A DNA stretch of 64,000 nt, taken from positions 140,244,001 to 140,308,000 of the forward strand of contig OX597814.1 of the NCBI GenBank assembly GCA_951406725.2. The letters are read 5' to 3'. The translations under genes were made by a program, and so were the position numbers. Shown one piece after another: positions 52,842 to 64,000 of the stretch. The DNA is from Octopus vulgaris (lineage: Eukaryota). The notes below the pieces were generated by a model. The model had not been told where the DNA came from, ran no database searches, and was given only the letters and a program-made list of their open reading frames with translations. Every line of letters begins with the position of its first letter. The first letter of the stretch is position 1.

Positions 52842-53256
52842 TTAGGTTGTCAAGAAAGTTCTTGTGGAATTTTAAATTTTAGTTTTAAATTATGTATTTT
52901 CAAATTAATTTTCATTAAATTACAACGCTCGGCCGCACGTCACACAACTGACCCTGCAGAAGTTGAATGAATTGGGCTATGAAACTCTGCCTCATCTGCC
53001 ATACTCACCAGGCCTCTCGCCTACCGATTACCACTTTTTCAAGTATCTCGACAACTTCCTGTGTGAGAAATGCTTCAAAAACCAAGACAATGCCAAACAC
53101 ATCTTCAACAACTTCATCGTCACCAGATCGCAGGATTTTTATGTGCAAATTAATAAATTTTTGTTTATAATTTTGTTAATAAAGTTTTGTTTGAGCCGAG
53201 ATATGTGCATCTGAATTTAAAGGTTAAAAACTGCAAGAACTTTCTTGACAACCTAA
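52842..53256 (+). mobile_element. Internally deleted mariner (Hsmar1/cecropia-like)
   Basis: TA|TTAGGTTGTCAAGAAAGTTCTTG...CAAGAACTTTCTTGACAACCTAA|TA; peptide NARPH..LGYETLPHLPYSPGLSPTDYHFFKYLDNFL. Confidence 0.92.
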
Positions 53257-53265
53257 TATATAAAT

Positions 53266-53662
53266 AGGCGCAGGAGTGGCTGTGTGAATAGGCACAGGAG
53301 CGGTTGTGTGGTAAGTAGCTTCCTTACCAACCATATGGTTCCAGGTTCAGTCCCACTTTGTGGCACCTTGGGCAAGTGTCTTCTACTATAGCCTAAAGAT
53401 GACCAAAGCCTTGTAAGTGAATTTGGTAGATGGAAACTGAAAGAAGCCTGTCATATATCTGTATGTGCTTGTGTGACTGTGTTTGTATCCCCCACCACCA
53501 CCATCACCACCATTGCTTGACAACTGATGTTGGTGTGTTTACAACCCCATAACTTAACGGTTCAGCAAATGAGACCGATAGAATAAGTCCTGGGGTGAAT
53601 TTGTTCGACTAAAGATGGTGCTCCAGTATGGCCACAGTCAAATGACTGAAACAAATAAAAGA
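53266..53662 (+). mobile_element. Same SINE family, duplicated head
   Basis: ggcgcaggagtggctgtgtg repeated; body matches the 9801 copy. Confidence 0.85.
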
Positions 53663-53787
53663 ATATATATATATATTGGCCTGCTCACTTAGCCAGCAGG
53701 GTGGCGTCGTTCAAAGGCTAAAACAATGCAAACGCATTGTGACCAGCGATGTGTAGCAACATCTGATGGTCTGGTCGGTCACGTGAT

Positions 53788-53828
<41 letters not shown>

Positions 53829-54269
53829 GATATACACAATGGACTTTTTTCAGTTTCTGTCTAGCATATCTATTCTCAAGGATTTGGTTGGCCAGAGGCT
53901 ATAGTAAAAGACTAGAAGGCTCTTGCCTAAAGTTCCATGCAGTGAAACTGGACCCAAAACCATGTGGTTGGGAAGCAAACATCTTACCACACAGCCATAC
54001 CTAATGTACATTGAATTTGCCAGAAAAATTCTTAGAAACATAAAATCTTTAGTAATGGCAAAATATTCCTATGGTTGGCACTTTATTCAGCATGAGGCAT
54101 GTAAGTGATGCAAACTTGGAAGTTTTTCAACATCACATTGCTGTTCTTGTCAAACAAGGACCACTTCACCTGACAATATCAAGAAGGTTGTGAGCATTTA
54201 ATAGTAAGTAATAATACAACACTCAGTTCTATTAATTTCAAGGCTAATGAAATGAATACTGAGTTAGAG

Positions 54270-55900
54270 ATACATGAAAGGGTTAAATGTGCAAAAACCT
54301 ACATTTAAGGACTACAAACAAAATATCATTGATAATTTATCTTGTAAGTTAACAAATCTAACCAAAAATGAGTTGAGAATATTGAGTAAAATTATCTTAG
54401 ACACTTTTATTTTTAGAATTAAACAAATGACTGATTTACCATTATGGAATAACAGCATTTACATTATCAATTGATTCAATAATATTAGTAGCAAGCATCT
54501 ATGTAAATTTTTCCAGTTTGAGTCTATAAATAATTGTTTGCTCCAAAAAGCATGATTTTATATTGAGAATTATATTTCGTGATTTTCATATTGAATTAAT
54601 CATGCATGCAAAATCATTGCTTGCTTTCCAAAATGATCTATGGGTGAAAACAAAAATTATGTTAATTCTTTTGATGTAGTCATAGGCAGCCTAGACTCAG
54701 CAGAAATTTGTTAGCTTATGGTGTTTATGCCTTATATTTATTACATATCAAATTTAATCATTTTCAATGTGATATACATCAAGATGATGGGATCACTATT
54801 ATGTGGAATAGAAATGTTAACCTTTAACACACTGCATGTTCTCTAGAATTGTTTCCCCTGCCACTGTCCTGCAACTACAGGGGAGAAAACTCTATGGTGA
54901 CATAATGCGCCTGCAGTGTGATAAAGGTTAAAGACATTCAGAAAAGATCCAGTTAAGCAATTTAAAGACTTACACCTAAAAATTACTAACACAAATTTAC
55001 AAATAGTTAATATTTTTATAAATTACCTTCGGTTCAGAAATAAATATCTTTAGGAAACCAAATAGAAATTGGCAGTGCAATAAATATAATTTCAAACCAT
55101 TCACTTGCCCTTATTAATAATTTGGTGATAATGTTAGAATGGTGTTTGGTGCCCCTGCATGGCTGGTAGTTTAATAACTGAAACCAATAATAATAGTATT
55201 TCATACAGATTGTTGTTTTTCAACAAAGCAGCCCTTTATTATTATGAAGTATTTAAACAATAGTTTTACAGATAAAATTTATTATAAAACTAATATGAAT
55301 ATTAATACTAAGACACTAAGAACAATAGAGAATGTAAAATTGTTTAACTTGATGCTCCAATCAGTTTTAATGTAAAAGTACTTTCCAAAAAAGCTCATAG
55401 ATATTATATGATTTTTAAATGGAAATAAAGTCAAATTAAGTTATAGGTGTACAAGTAATTTTGCTACAGAAATAGCAAACATTTCGAATAGCTTTATACA
55501 TCCAGTTATTCCCGTTACATAGTTGTTTCAAATTCTCATTAAATAATGTATTCCTTTGAACACAATAGTTTATTGAGTGAAAGTATATATAACACAAATT
55601 ATTCAGTTTTTAAGGATTATATTGGGTTGACTGAAAATCATTTTAAACATACTTTCAGAAACCCAGTAACATCTTTGGACACATGTTTGTCAACCTACAT
55701 CTGGTCTTCAAAATATAACTGTATCAAATGCTGCAAAATTATTTGGAAGATATTAGAACATGCCAGACCTAATAATCAGAGTAACTGTGGCTGTAATCTT
55801 TACATTTCAGAGAAATCAAATATATTGCTCCATAGGAATTCTATATAAAACATGTCACTTCAGAGATAATGTCTTTTTGTCAACATGAATCGAAATATCT
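54270..55900 (+). mobile_element. Decayed Penelope-like element (RT + GIY-YIG endonuclease)
   Basis: RT-like FKDYKQN..CKLTNLTKNELRILSKIILD..W, FDVVIGSLDSAEIC, QDDG. GIY-YIG-like YIGLTENHFK..LSTYIW..WKILE..CNL..SEK. Many stops and frameshifts. Confidence 0.8.
54821..54927. mobile_element. Small TTAA-targeting MITE nested in the Penelope-like element
   Basis: TTAA|CCTTTAACACACTGCA...TGCAGTGTGATAAAGG|TTAA. Confidence 0.8.
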
Positions 55901-57339
55901 ATGGAAATATTCTAAAATTCCCAATGGTGCAATTCTTAATAATATTTATACCATATTTATACATGTTCCAAACAAATCAAACCTCTTTTATTGATATGCA
56001 TCCAACAGTCAATATTGTTGTCAAATTTCGATTTTTTGGTTGAAATATTTCAAAATGGCTAACAAAACCAAATCAAAACATTTTCTGTCAATAACATTTA
56101 TAATCAATAGCTTCATTACAAAATTGCTTGAGAACTGGCAAAACATGAAACTTAATTTATGAAGTTTCTGCTTAAAAACACACACACACACACACACACA
56201 TGAAACGTTTAATGAAGGCTGAACATTGTCTTATTCCAGTAATATGTAATACCCTGTTTAATGCTACATTATTTAATACTTATTAGCCAAAGCATGCTTA
56301 ATTCAATAAGACGATAATACATTATGATAATAAGTAGCAAAACTTGTAAAAATTTCACGTTATATAAATTTTCTTACTCTTAGTAAGATGCATAAATTTA
56401 TGTATCTTCATAACATTCTTTCATTTGGAAGAATCGTTACCACGTCAAACAAAATGCTTTGCAACATTTCTGCCAGCTTTACATTCTGAGTTCAAATGTC
56501 ACTGAGGTTGACTTTGCCTTTTGTCCTTTCAGGCTCTATAAAACAAATACCAGTTGAGCACTTGAGTTGATATGATTAACTAGCTCTTTCTCTTCAAAAT
56601 TTCAGGCCTTGTGCTTCTAGTAGAAAGAATTATGTTAATTATTTTTATGATACTTAGCTGGATAACAGATTAAGGTTAAGGGGATAAAAAAAATCACCTT
56701 GTTCATTCAGATGTTGCACTGTAGGAGCACAGAATCATTTCTGATGCCTTCTTTGAATATTTCTCATAATATTACACAACTGTTATACATTCATGTTTTC
56801 TTATCATATTCGGTTCCCCTCTCTGTATTCTCCTCACTGTTCTTTGTTCATATTATTTTATCACACTTCTTTATATATACAATCAGCTCATTGTTTCCAT
56901 CCATGTTCTTTCTGGGTTTCTCTTGGCCTTCTCTTTGACACCTTGACCCATATATATCTCTTTGACATCTTAACCCTGGTTGTGTTTTCGCAATGCAAAA
57001 CCTGCTCCTGCTTGTTTGGACATGATCTCACTGGGAAGCAACTGACTGAGCATATGAAATATTCAATAGGTAGACTCCTGTAGCTAACAGTTGAATATTG
57101 TCCTTTTCTTCCAGATTGTGAAAGCTTACCATAATGTTTAATCTAAATACAGTGAAATTTTAAGACCTCATTGTTTTATGGGCATATTTGTGTTAAGGTA
57201 TCTTACACAATGGTATTCATTCATGCAAACTCTTCTTATTTGTTGGTTTTGTCTTAAACTTTCTCTTGTTTCATATCTTTGTTCTCTTTTCCTTTAGCTG
57301 TATCATCTCATTAAAACAACACCGTAGGCCCAAGATACA

Positions 57340-57650
57340 GTATATATATCTGTTTATGGTTGAGCTGACCATCCTGAAAAGGTATCCTCTAGGACAAGCA
57401 TCAAACAGATATTATTAACTTGAGCATGATCCATATGTATATTAATCCAAGGACCTCACTCCTTGGGTCACAAATGAAGCCTGTTTTTTCGAAAATTCTT
57501 CATCTCTGCATATTTAGCACATTTATGGATGTAGTCTTTGACATCAATGAATAACCAAGGCTATCATGCTTCAAGCTTAAGGCAGTTGCATGTAGCAGCC
57601 AATTGAAAAGCATGCACCAATAATAACATACCAATGACATCTTTACAACA
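57340..57650 (-). mobile_element. Ty3/Gypsy integrase remnant
   Basis: Minus strand DVKDYIHKCAK.. followed by PWINIHMDHA..LVLEDTFSGW. Confidence 0.6.
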
Positions 57651-58907
57651 TATATTCATAGTAACAGTTTCTTACCTTGATATTATACTAATACTTTTAC
57701 AAGGAGTTTATATTATTTCCTGATGTTAACATTATGTTTACCATCTCATTAATACTTTCTCTACCCGACACTCTCTTCTAAGTCCCTGAAATCAGTTTAA
57801 AACATTTTCAACTTTACTCTAGATATTCCAGTCACCTTATGGGTGTTGCTCATCACAAGTCAGGATGCCCCTCTGAAATGATAATTTAAAACAACCTCAC
57901 ATATACACAGCAAACACTCTACCTATCTATCTATCTCTCTACCTATCTATCTATCTATATATATATATATATATATGAATCAAAGTAAATTATAACATTT
58001 GATTGAAAAAAAGCATGAGTGAGTGAGAAAAAAAAAGAAATGCAATTGTTTTAGTAACAGAATTAGAGCTAAAGATTTTGGGCCAAAATTTTAGTAGAAA
58101 GTTATGTTTATATATATATATTCATGGCATTATGCATGCCATACAAAAGTCATATAGGGATGCAAATTGCCCATTTCTGATTATTTCTACCATGTTTTCA
58201 CATAACTACACAATTTTTATGAATGTTCTTGCATAATAAGCATGAATTTCTGTTTTCTAATTTATTTGACTTTCTTTATACAAGTTTACTTTCTTTCTCA
58301 AATTCAATTCACAGCATAGTGCACTTACTCTTGATTTCAATTGTCCATCTTTCAGCCGTAAAATCATTGCTGTTTTCTTTTTTTTTTAAATTGGATTAAT
58401 ACACTAATAAATCTAACTAGTGGTAATTGTGGAAATTCCACAGTTGCTTTGAAAACTATAAGATTGTTAGATGTTTATAGACATCCATGAATCCTGTCAT
58501 TTCTTATGTATTTTGCCTGAAGCGTTGGATTTTTGAGATGATGTAAATCCACATGTAGTACTGAAGGTCCTGACCATGGAAAGAGCATCTTTGAAAACTA
58601 TACTCTTTGTTATACATTTCTCATCTGTTCTGTTTAGAGAGTTACCTTATTATCTTTACATCAGGAAGTGAATGTTCTCTTCAAAGAGCAACACACAGCT
58701 GTCCATGAGGAAATACTGGTTCATTTCTTTTCACCTTTCCTTTGTGATATTGGTATTAAAAATATTGAAAATGTATTGAAAGAATGATATATATATAGCA
58801 AATGCTTTTTGAAGGTTTAATCTATATATAGTATTATTCTGTAATGGTCCAACTACATTGATGGTTTCAATAAGTCTTAATATGTGGAACTATTTTCATA
58901 TCAAAGA

Positions 58908-59305
58908 AGGTGGTGAGCTGGTAGAATCGTTAGCACGCCGGGTGAAATGCTTAGCGGTATTTTGTCTGCCGTTATGTTCTGAGTTCAAATTCTGCCGAGG
59001 TCGACTTTGCCTTTCATCCTTTCGGGGTCGATAAATTAAGTACCAGTTACACACCGGGGTCGATGTAATCGACTTGATCTGTTTGTCTGTCCTTGTTTGT
59101 CCCTTCTGTGTTTAGCTCCTTGTGGGTAGTAAAGAAATAGGTATTTTGTCTGTCTTTATGTTCTGAGTTCAAATTCCACCGAGGTCAACTTTGCCTTTCA
59201 TCCTTTCAGGGTTGATAAATTAAGTGCCAGTTGTGTACTGGGGTTGATCTAATTGACTGGCCTCCCTCCCCCAAAATTTCAGGTCTTGTGCCTAAAGTAG
59301 AAAAA
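58908..59305 (+). mobile_element. Second SINE family (Deu/Nin-domain-like core), internally duplicated
   Basis: ggtgagctggtagaatcgttagc..gagttcaaattc..gactttgcctttcatcctttcggggtcgataaattaagtaccag. Confidence 0.8.
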
Positions 59306-60049
59306 ACTATTTTCATATCAAAGACAATTGAACATGGGGGAGCTTTGGCCTACAGTACCAATTAACAAAGTATACTAGCTGCCCCACTAAACACTGGATT
59401 CTTTTAAAAGAATGAAAATACGAAGGGTGCAGTTATGATGGCAGTCAAATGTGATATATTTTATTTTTCTGTTAGCTGTGGACTGAGTCAGGGAAAGATA
59501 CAAAATTTGTTGAAAAAATCCACTTTTAGCAGAACTTAAATAGACAATTCTTTGCTAATGATCTTGCATAATTGTCATCTTTAGTGGATAGACAGAGGGA
59601 CTCACTGGAATAAATTTAGAGAATTACAAGCTTGCCAGGAACCATTAGAAATTACCTTATTTGATGGCACAGATAAACGTTTTTTTGTTTGTTTTTTTTT
59701 CAAAAAAAAAATGTGTCAGAAAATCACCCTGAGTCCTTAATGCAAAATTTGGCCTCTCATAATCTAATTTTGTCCCTGACACTCGCTACTATTGGCTAAT
59801 TTTAATCCATAACTTAATTCCTTAATTATGATATTTATTATTGTTGTTGTTTTACTACTCAGAGCACTCAGTTTTGTTTGCTCTGGTTGATTCTATGAGA
59901 GCAGACTGCAGCCTGTTGTCAGATGTCTCACAGAGTCTCTTTCTGCACATTATAAGATTTGATATTTGGTTGTTAATTATATTGGAAGACATTCAACATC
60001 GTCGTCGTCATCATCATCATCATCTTTATCATTATTATTATTATTTCAT

Positions 60050-60200
60050 ATACACACAATGAATTAGACTGTTGGAGAAGGAAATTCCTAACTTTGGGCT
60101 ACAACAAGCAGCCTTAGATGCCAAGAACCTTACTAAATATCTTAGCTGTCCCTAGTAATGCTGTTTTCTGGAGCTGCACTAAACTAGGTTTTATGCGCTA
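60050..60200 (-). mobile_element. R4/Dong-like LINE extreme 3' remnant
   Basis: Minus strand LQKTALLGTAKIFSKVLGI*, next to a TAT/CAT tract. Confidence 0.6.
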
Positions 60201-62754
60201 AAAACATTTTTCATGAATATGTGCTGCTGACCCTGGGGTGCATCTAATATGCCCATATGTTTTTTATACTATTAAATGTAGTTTTGGGTTGATGAAGAAG
60301 TGAGATGTCAAGGAAGCTCATTTCTCTTGAGATTGGTGTGGATAGAGTCAAGGTGGCTAGCAGTGACATCAGTGGCAGGCTACAAAAATAAAAAGTGCTT
60401 TCAAGTGACTATAGAGGAAGCAATCAGGAAGGGTAATTAATTACTAAGAAAATGAAACTATTTATTTGAGAAGGGTGAATGAAAATGTATTTATTAAGAA
60501 GGGTGAATCCTCAGAGATCAAAAGAACAAGGAGTGGGTAAAAATAAAATGTTAAAATAACAGAGCGCTAGGCTTGAAGAGATGGGAAGAGGCCTGAAATT
60601 TAGATCATCGTAAATTATCTGTTATATTGCTATAACTCTCCTCTGAGTAAGTTAAACCTGTCATTAAGTAATATCAATTAGTGTTTACAGCACCAATTGC
60701 CATAACAGGGTGCATACCTTCAAAAGTTACTACAATAAGTATTAACCTGGGTTGGTAGGTTGGCAGAACTGCTAAAGGAGCCAGGTAAGATGTTTTGTGA
60801 TATCTATTCCCGCTCTTTATGTTCTGACAGCAATGTTTGCAGGGACACTGGTACTGAGATGTATTAGTCTGAACCCAAACCAAGGGCCATTTCCTAGGAT
60901 AAATATCAGCTGTATGATAAGGGGACACTTGTATATATATATATATGTACAACTGTCGGTCTTCTTCAAAATGTCTTGCATAAGCCTGCACATATATGTG
61001 CAAATATACAGTCAACTTTCACTGACAGAGGTCCCTAACATAATACACTAAGTACCAGAAATATATAGAGGTTAGCAATTTTAAAAGACTCCTCCAGTTT
61101 AATTATAAATTTACTTTGTACTTAAGACCAAAAAATTAGGCTCACCTTTTGTCTTTTAAATTAGTCTTAAGAATCACTTTTGGTGTACTCACTATGTCAT
61201 ATCACTTCTAGACTCCAATTTTCTCACAATATTATGCTATATGAGAATTTATTGCAAGGGTGCCAAATTATAGTATTGTTACAGTTGTGATCGAATGTAC
61301 GTATAGTGTCAATATAGTCTGTAACAGATGAGTTACAAGCATATCAAACTGCAAGTTCTTAAACCAAATAGTCATACAAAGTGAACCCCTAATATTATTG
61401 GTATGAGACATTTCGACACGGCCATTTTGACACCACCTATTTGGTAGTGCTGTTTCGACAATTGACTTATTTGACCTCAGACATTTCAATGTTTCTCTTG
61501 TCCCCTCTCTTTCTCTCTCTCCCCTCCCTCTCTCTCTCTCCCTCCTTCTCTCTCTCTCTAGCTACCCACTTACCTACCTGTCTATCAAACAAGTACCAGA
61601 ACATACTATCATACTGGTTGAATGTCCAGTCAGCCATGTCAAATCATCAGCATCCACATAGCTGCACCCCTAATATTGTTGCTGTAATCATACCGGTTCA
61701 TATTTTCAATTCATTAATTACTAGAGTTTCTGTATTACTATGAAAGGTTTCTCTATAGTTTTTTTTTTTTTTTTCTTAAATTGAAAAAACAAATTATTTC
61801 GGCACATATTCCAGTTTCTATAGTACATTCTGATACAAGTGTTATGTAAATAAAACTTTGAAGAAAGCATTAGTGAAACTATAGTAGAATATATGTAATA
61901 ATTACCAAATATTTTGTAACTCTTTCTCACTCTACTCTGGCTTGCATCACAGCTGAGATATTTTCATTTGTAAAATGGCATTTTGTTTTTTTGTTTTTCC
62001 TTCAAAAATGGAAAAATAGCATGTTACTACAAAAAGACAGTCACATAAATTAGTCATACAGTAATGAAGGCATTCAAAGAACTCAGCATGAATCACATAT
62101 TCTATTCTACAAATAGCTGTTGGCATTAGGGACAATGATCATTATTTAATATCCTCTTTTCCAAGCTTGCATGGATCAGATGGAATTTGTTGAGGTTGAT
62201 TTTCTATGGTCAGATGCCTTTCCTGTTGCCAACCCTCACCTATCTCCAGGCAAGGTAATATTTCCCCATGGCCTTACATGTTTTTGAGGAAGATTGGAAA
62301 TAAGCAACATTGTTTTTACAGCCATACTGTCAAGACAAAGGTACACTCAAACATGCCCCCCCCCACATACACACACAGTGAGCTTCTTTCAGTTTCCATC
62401 TACCATAATCCACTCCCATGGTTTAGGTCGGCTTAGGGCTGTAATAGAAGACACGTGACCAAAGTGCCATGCAGAGGGACCGAACCTGCAACCACTTGAT
62501 TTGAGAGCAAGCTTCTTAACCACAATGCCATGCCTACACTTCACAGCCAAGCCTAATAACAGACAAAATCCGGTATATAGATATAAACTATGAACCAAAT
62601 CTACTAAAACTACCATAATACAAATTCAATTAGTCAATAGATAAGCAATTAATCAACCTTGTTATATATTTCTTAAATTACTTCAAATACTTAACAAAAA
62701 CTCAATATGTTTTTATCTACTTGGTGTCTGACTACGGAATGCTTTCTATTTCAG

Positions 62755-62961
62755 CGCTATTAGAAACCAAGGGAAAAGTTATATTGGATCCACTTTTGAG
62801 GACTGGTCGTCCGTTCGGAGGGCTCATAAATGACATAAAGCGCCGTTATCCATATTACCGAAGTGATATAACAGATTCATTGAATTTACAATGTCTAGCC
62901 GCCTTTGTTTTTATATTCTTTGCATGTTTGTCACCATGTATTGCCTTTGGGGGGTTGTTAG
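62755..62961 (+). CDS. SLC4A2-like: SLC4 anion exchanger exon (start of membrane domain, TM1)
   Basis: Acceptor tatttcag| (phase 1), donor TTAG|gtaagt. [55 protein letters not shown] closely resembles AE2/AE3 from recall. Confidence 0.97.
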
Positions 62962-63186
62962 GTAAGTCTCACTTCTTTATATCTTTTTACGTCCTTCAAT
63001 TTGTCAACATATGTCATAAACAATAATTAGTTTTTGGACAAACAATTCACTATTGTTAAATGTTTCTGGTTCTTTGGTATACTCTATTTTTTTTATACAG
63101 AACTTTTATTACAAAAACTAACTGACACCATTATTTTTGTTATTATTATGCTTGGCTATGTGTGTGCTCATACGTTTATAAGTCTA

Positions 63187-63202
63187 AATAATAATAATAA
63201 TA

Positions 63203-63246
<44 letters not shown>

Positions 63247-63270
63247 TTTTATTATTATTATTATTATTAC

Positions 63271-63312
<42 letters not shown>

Positions 63313-63368
63313 ATTATTATTTATTATTATTATTATTATTATTAATAATATTTATTATTATTATTATT
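63187..63368. repeat. (AAT)/(TAT)n microsatellite
   Basis: Directly visible. Confidence 0.95.
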
Positions 63369-63740
63369 CTATGTTTGACTTTTGCTTTACATTTGTACAA
63401 GTTGGCTCCAAGTCTCACCCAGAGACTCAAGAGACAATAAGTTGGAAGTTCATGTTGGTGTTATGCCTAGGGTGCCATATATTTAGTTTTGTACTTAGTG
63501 TTGTACTAGTGAATGTTTAAGAAACCATAAGAAAATTATGTTTGTTTTAAAACTTGAGATTACATAGAAAGTATTTTGTGTAGGATATGAGCAGTTCCCA
63601 TGGGCACTATCTTTTGAATTTCTGCCATTTTGGGGTTTCCTGGTATCTGAGCTAGGTAGCAATCAGCCCCTTTTGCTATCATTCCCAGGGCACCTATAAC
63701 AACAGGTATTGTTTTAGTCTTCAGGTTCCACATTTTGCTA
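63369..63740 (-). mobile_element. R4/Dong-clade LINE 3' end inserted in (TAA)n
   Basis: Minus strand KMWNLKTKTIPVVIGALGMI..IQKIVPMGTAHILHKILSM* (RLE C-terminus); (TAT)n on both sides. Confidence 0.8.
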
Positions 63741-64000
63741 ATATTATTATTATTATTATTATTATTATTAAGGCAGAGTCATTAGCACACTGAACAAAAT
63801 GCTTAGCAGCATGTCATCCTGCGCTATATTCTGAGTTCAAATTCCACCAAGGTCGACTTTGCCTTTTGGGGTTGATGAAATAAATACCAGTCAAGTATTG
63901 CGTGGGGGAGGGGTCAATGTAATCAACTAGACTCCTCCCAACAAATTCCAGGCCTTTTACCTATAGTAGAAAGGATTATTATTATTATTATTATTATCAT

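Overview
AT-rich, microsatellite- and transposon-dense eukaryotic DNA. The SINE families and repeat landscape point to an octopus/cephalopod genome (inference). The window lies inside one large + strand gene, an SLC4 anion exchanger (AE2/band-3-like). Four phase-compatible coding exons are visible (38285-38537, 47480-47776, 51164-51356, 62755-62961). Two previously hidden, mutually similar 36-nt micro-exons (8624-8659, 21793-21828) each encode an R-R/K-x-S kinase-site peptide. The introns hold: a 490-bp-period tandem element with a complete type I hammerhead ribozyme (retrozyme/Penelope-LTR-like, 12703-13490); further hammerhead-like motifs; an intact-ended but internally deleted Helitron with an open 676-aa STPR-repeat/Rep ORF; RTE, R4/Dong, Penelope and Gypsy remnants; mariner, hAT, piggyBac and Tigger MITEs; and many tRNA-derived SINEs. 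Most short ORFs in the supplied track are microsatellite or antisense artefacts.
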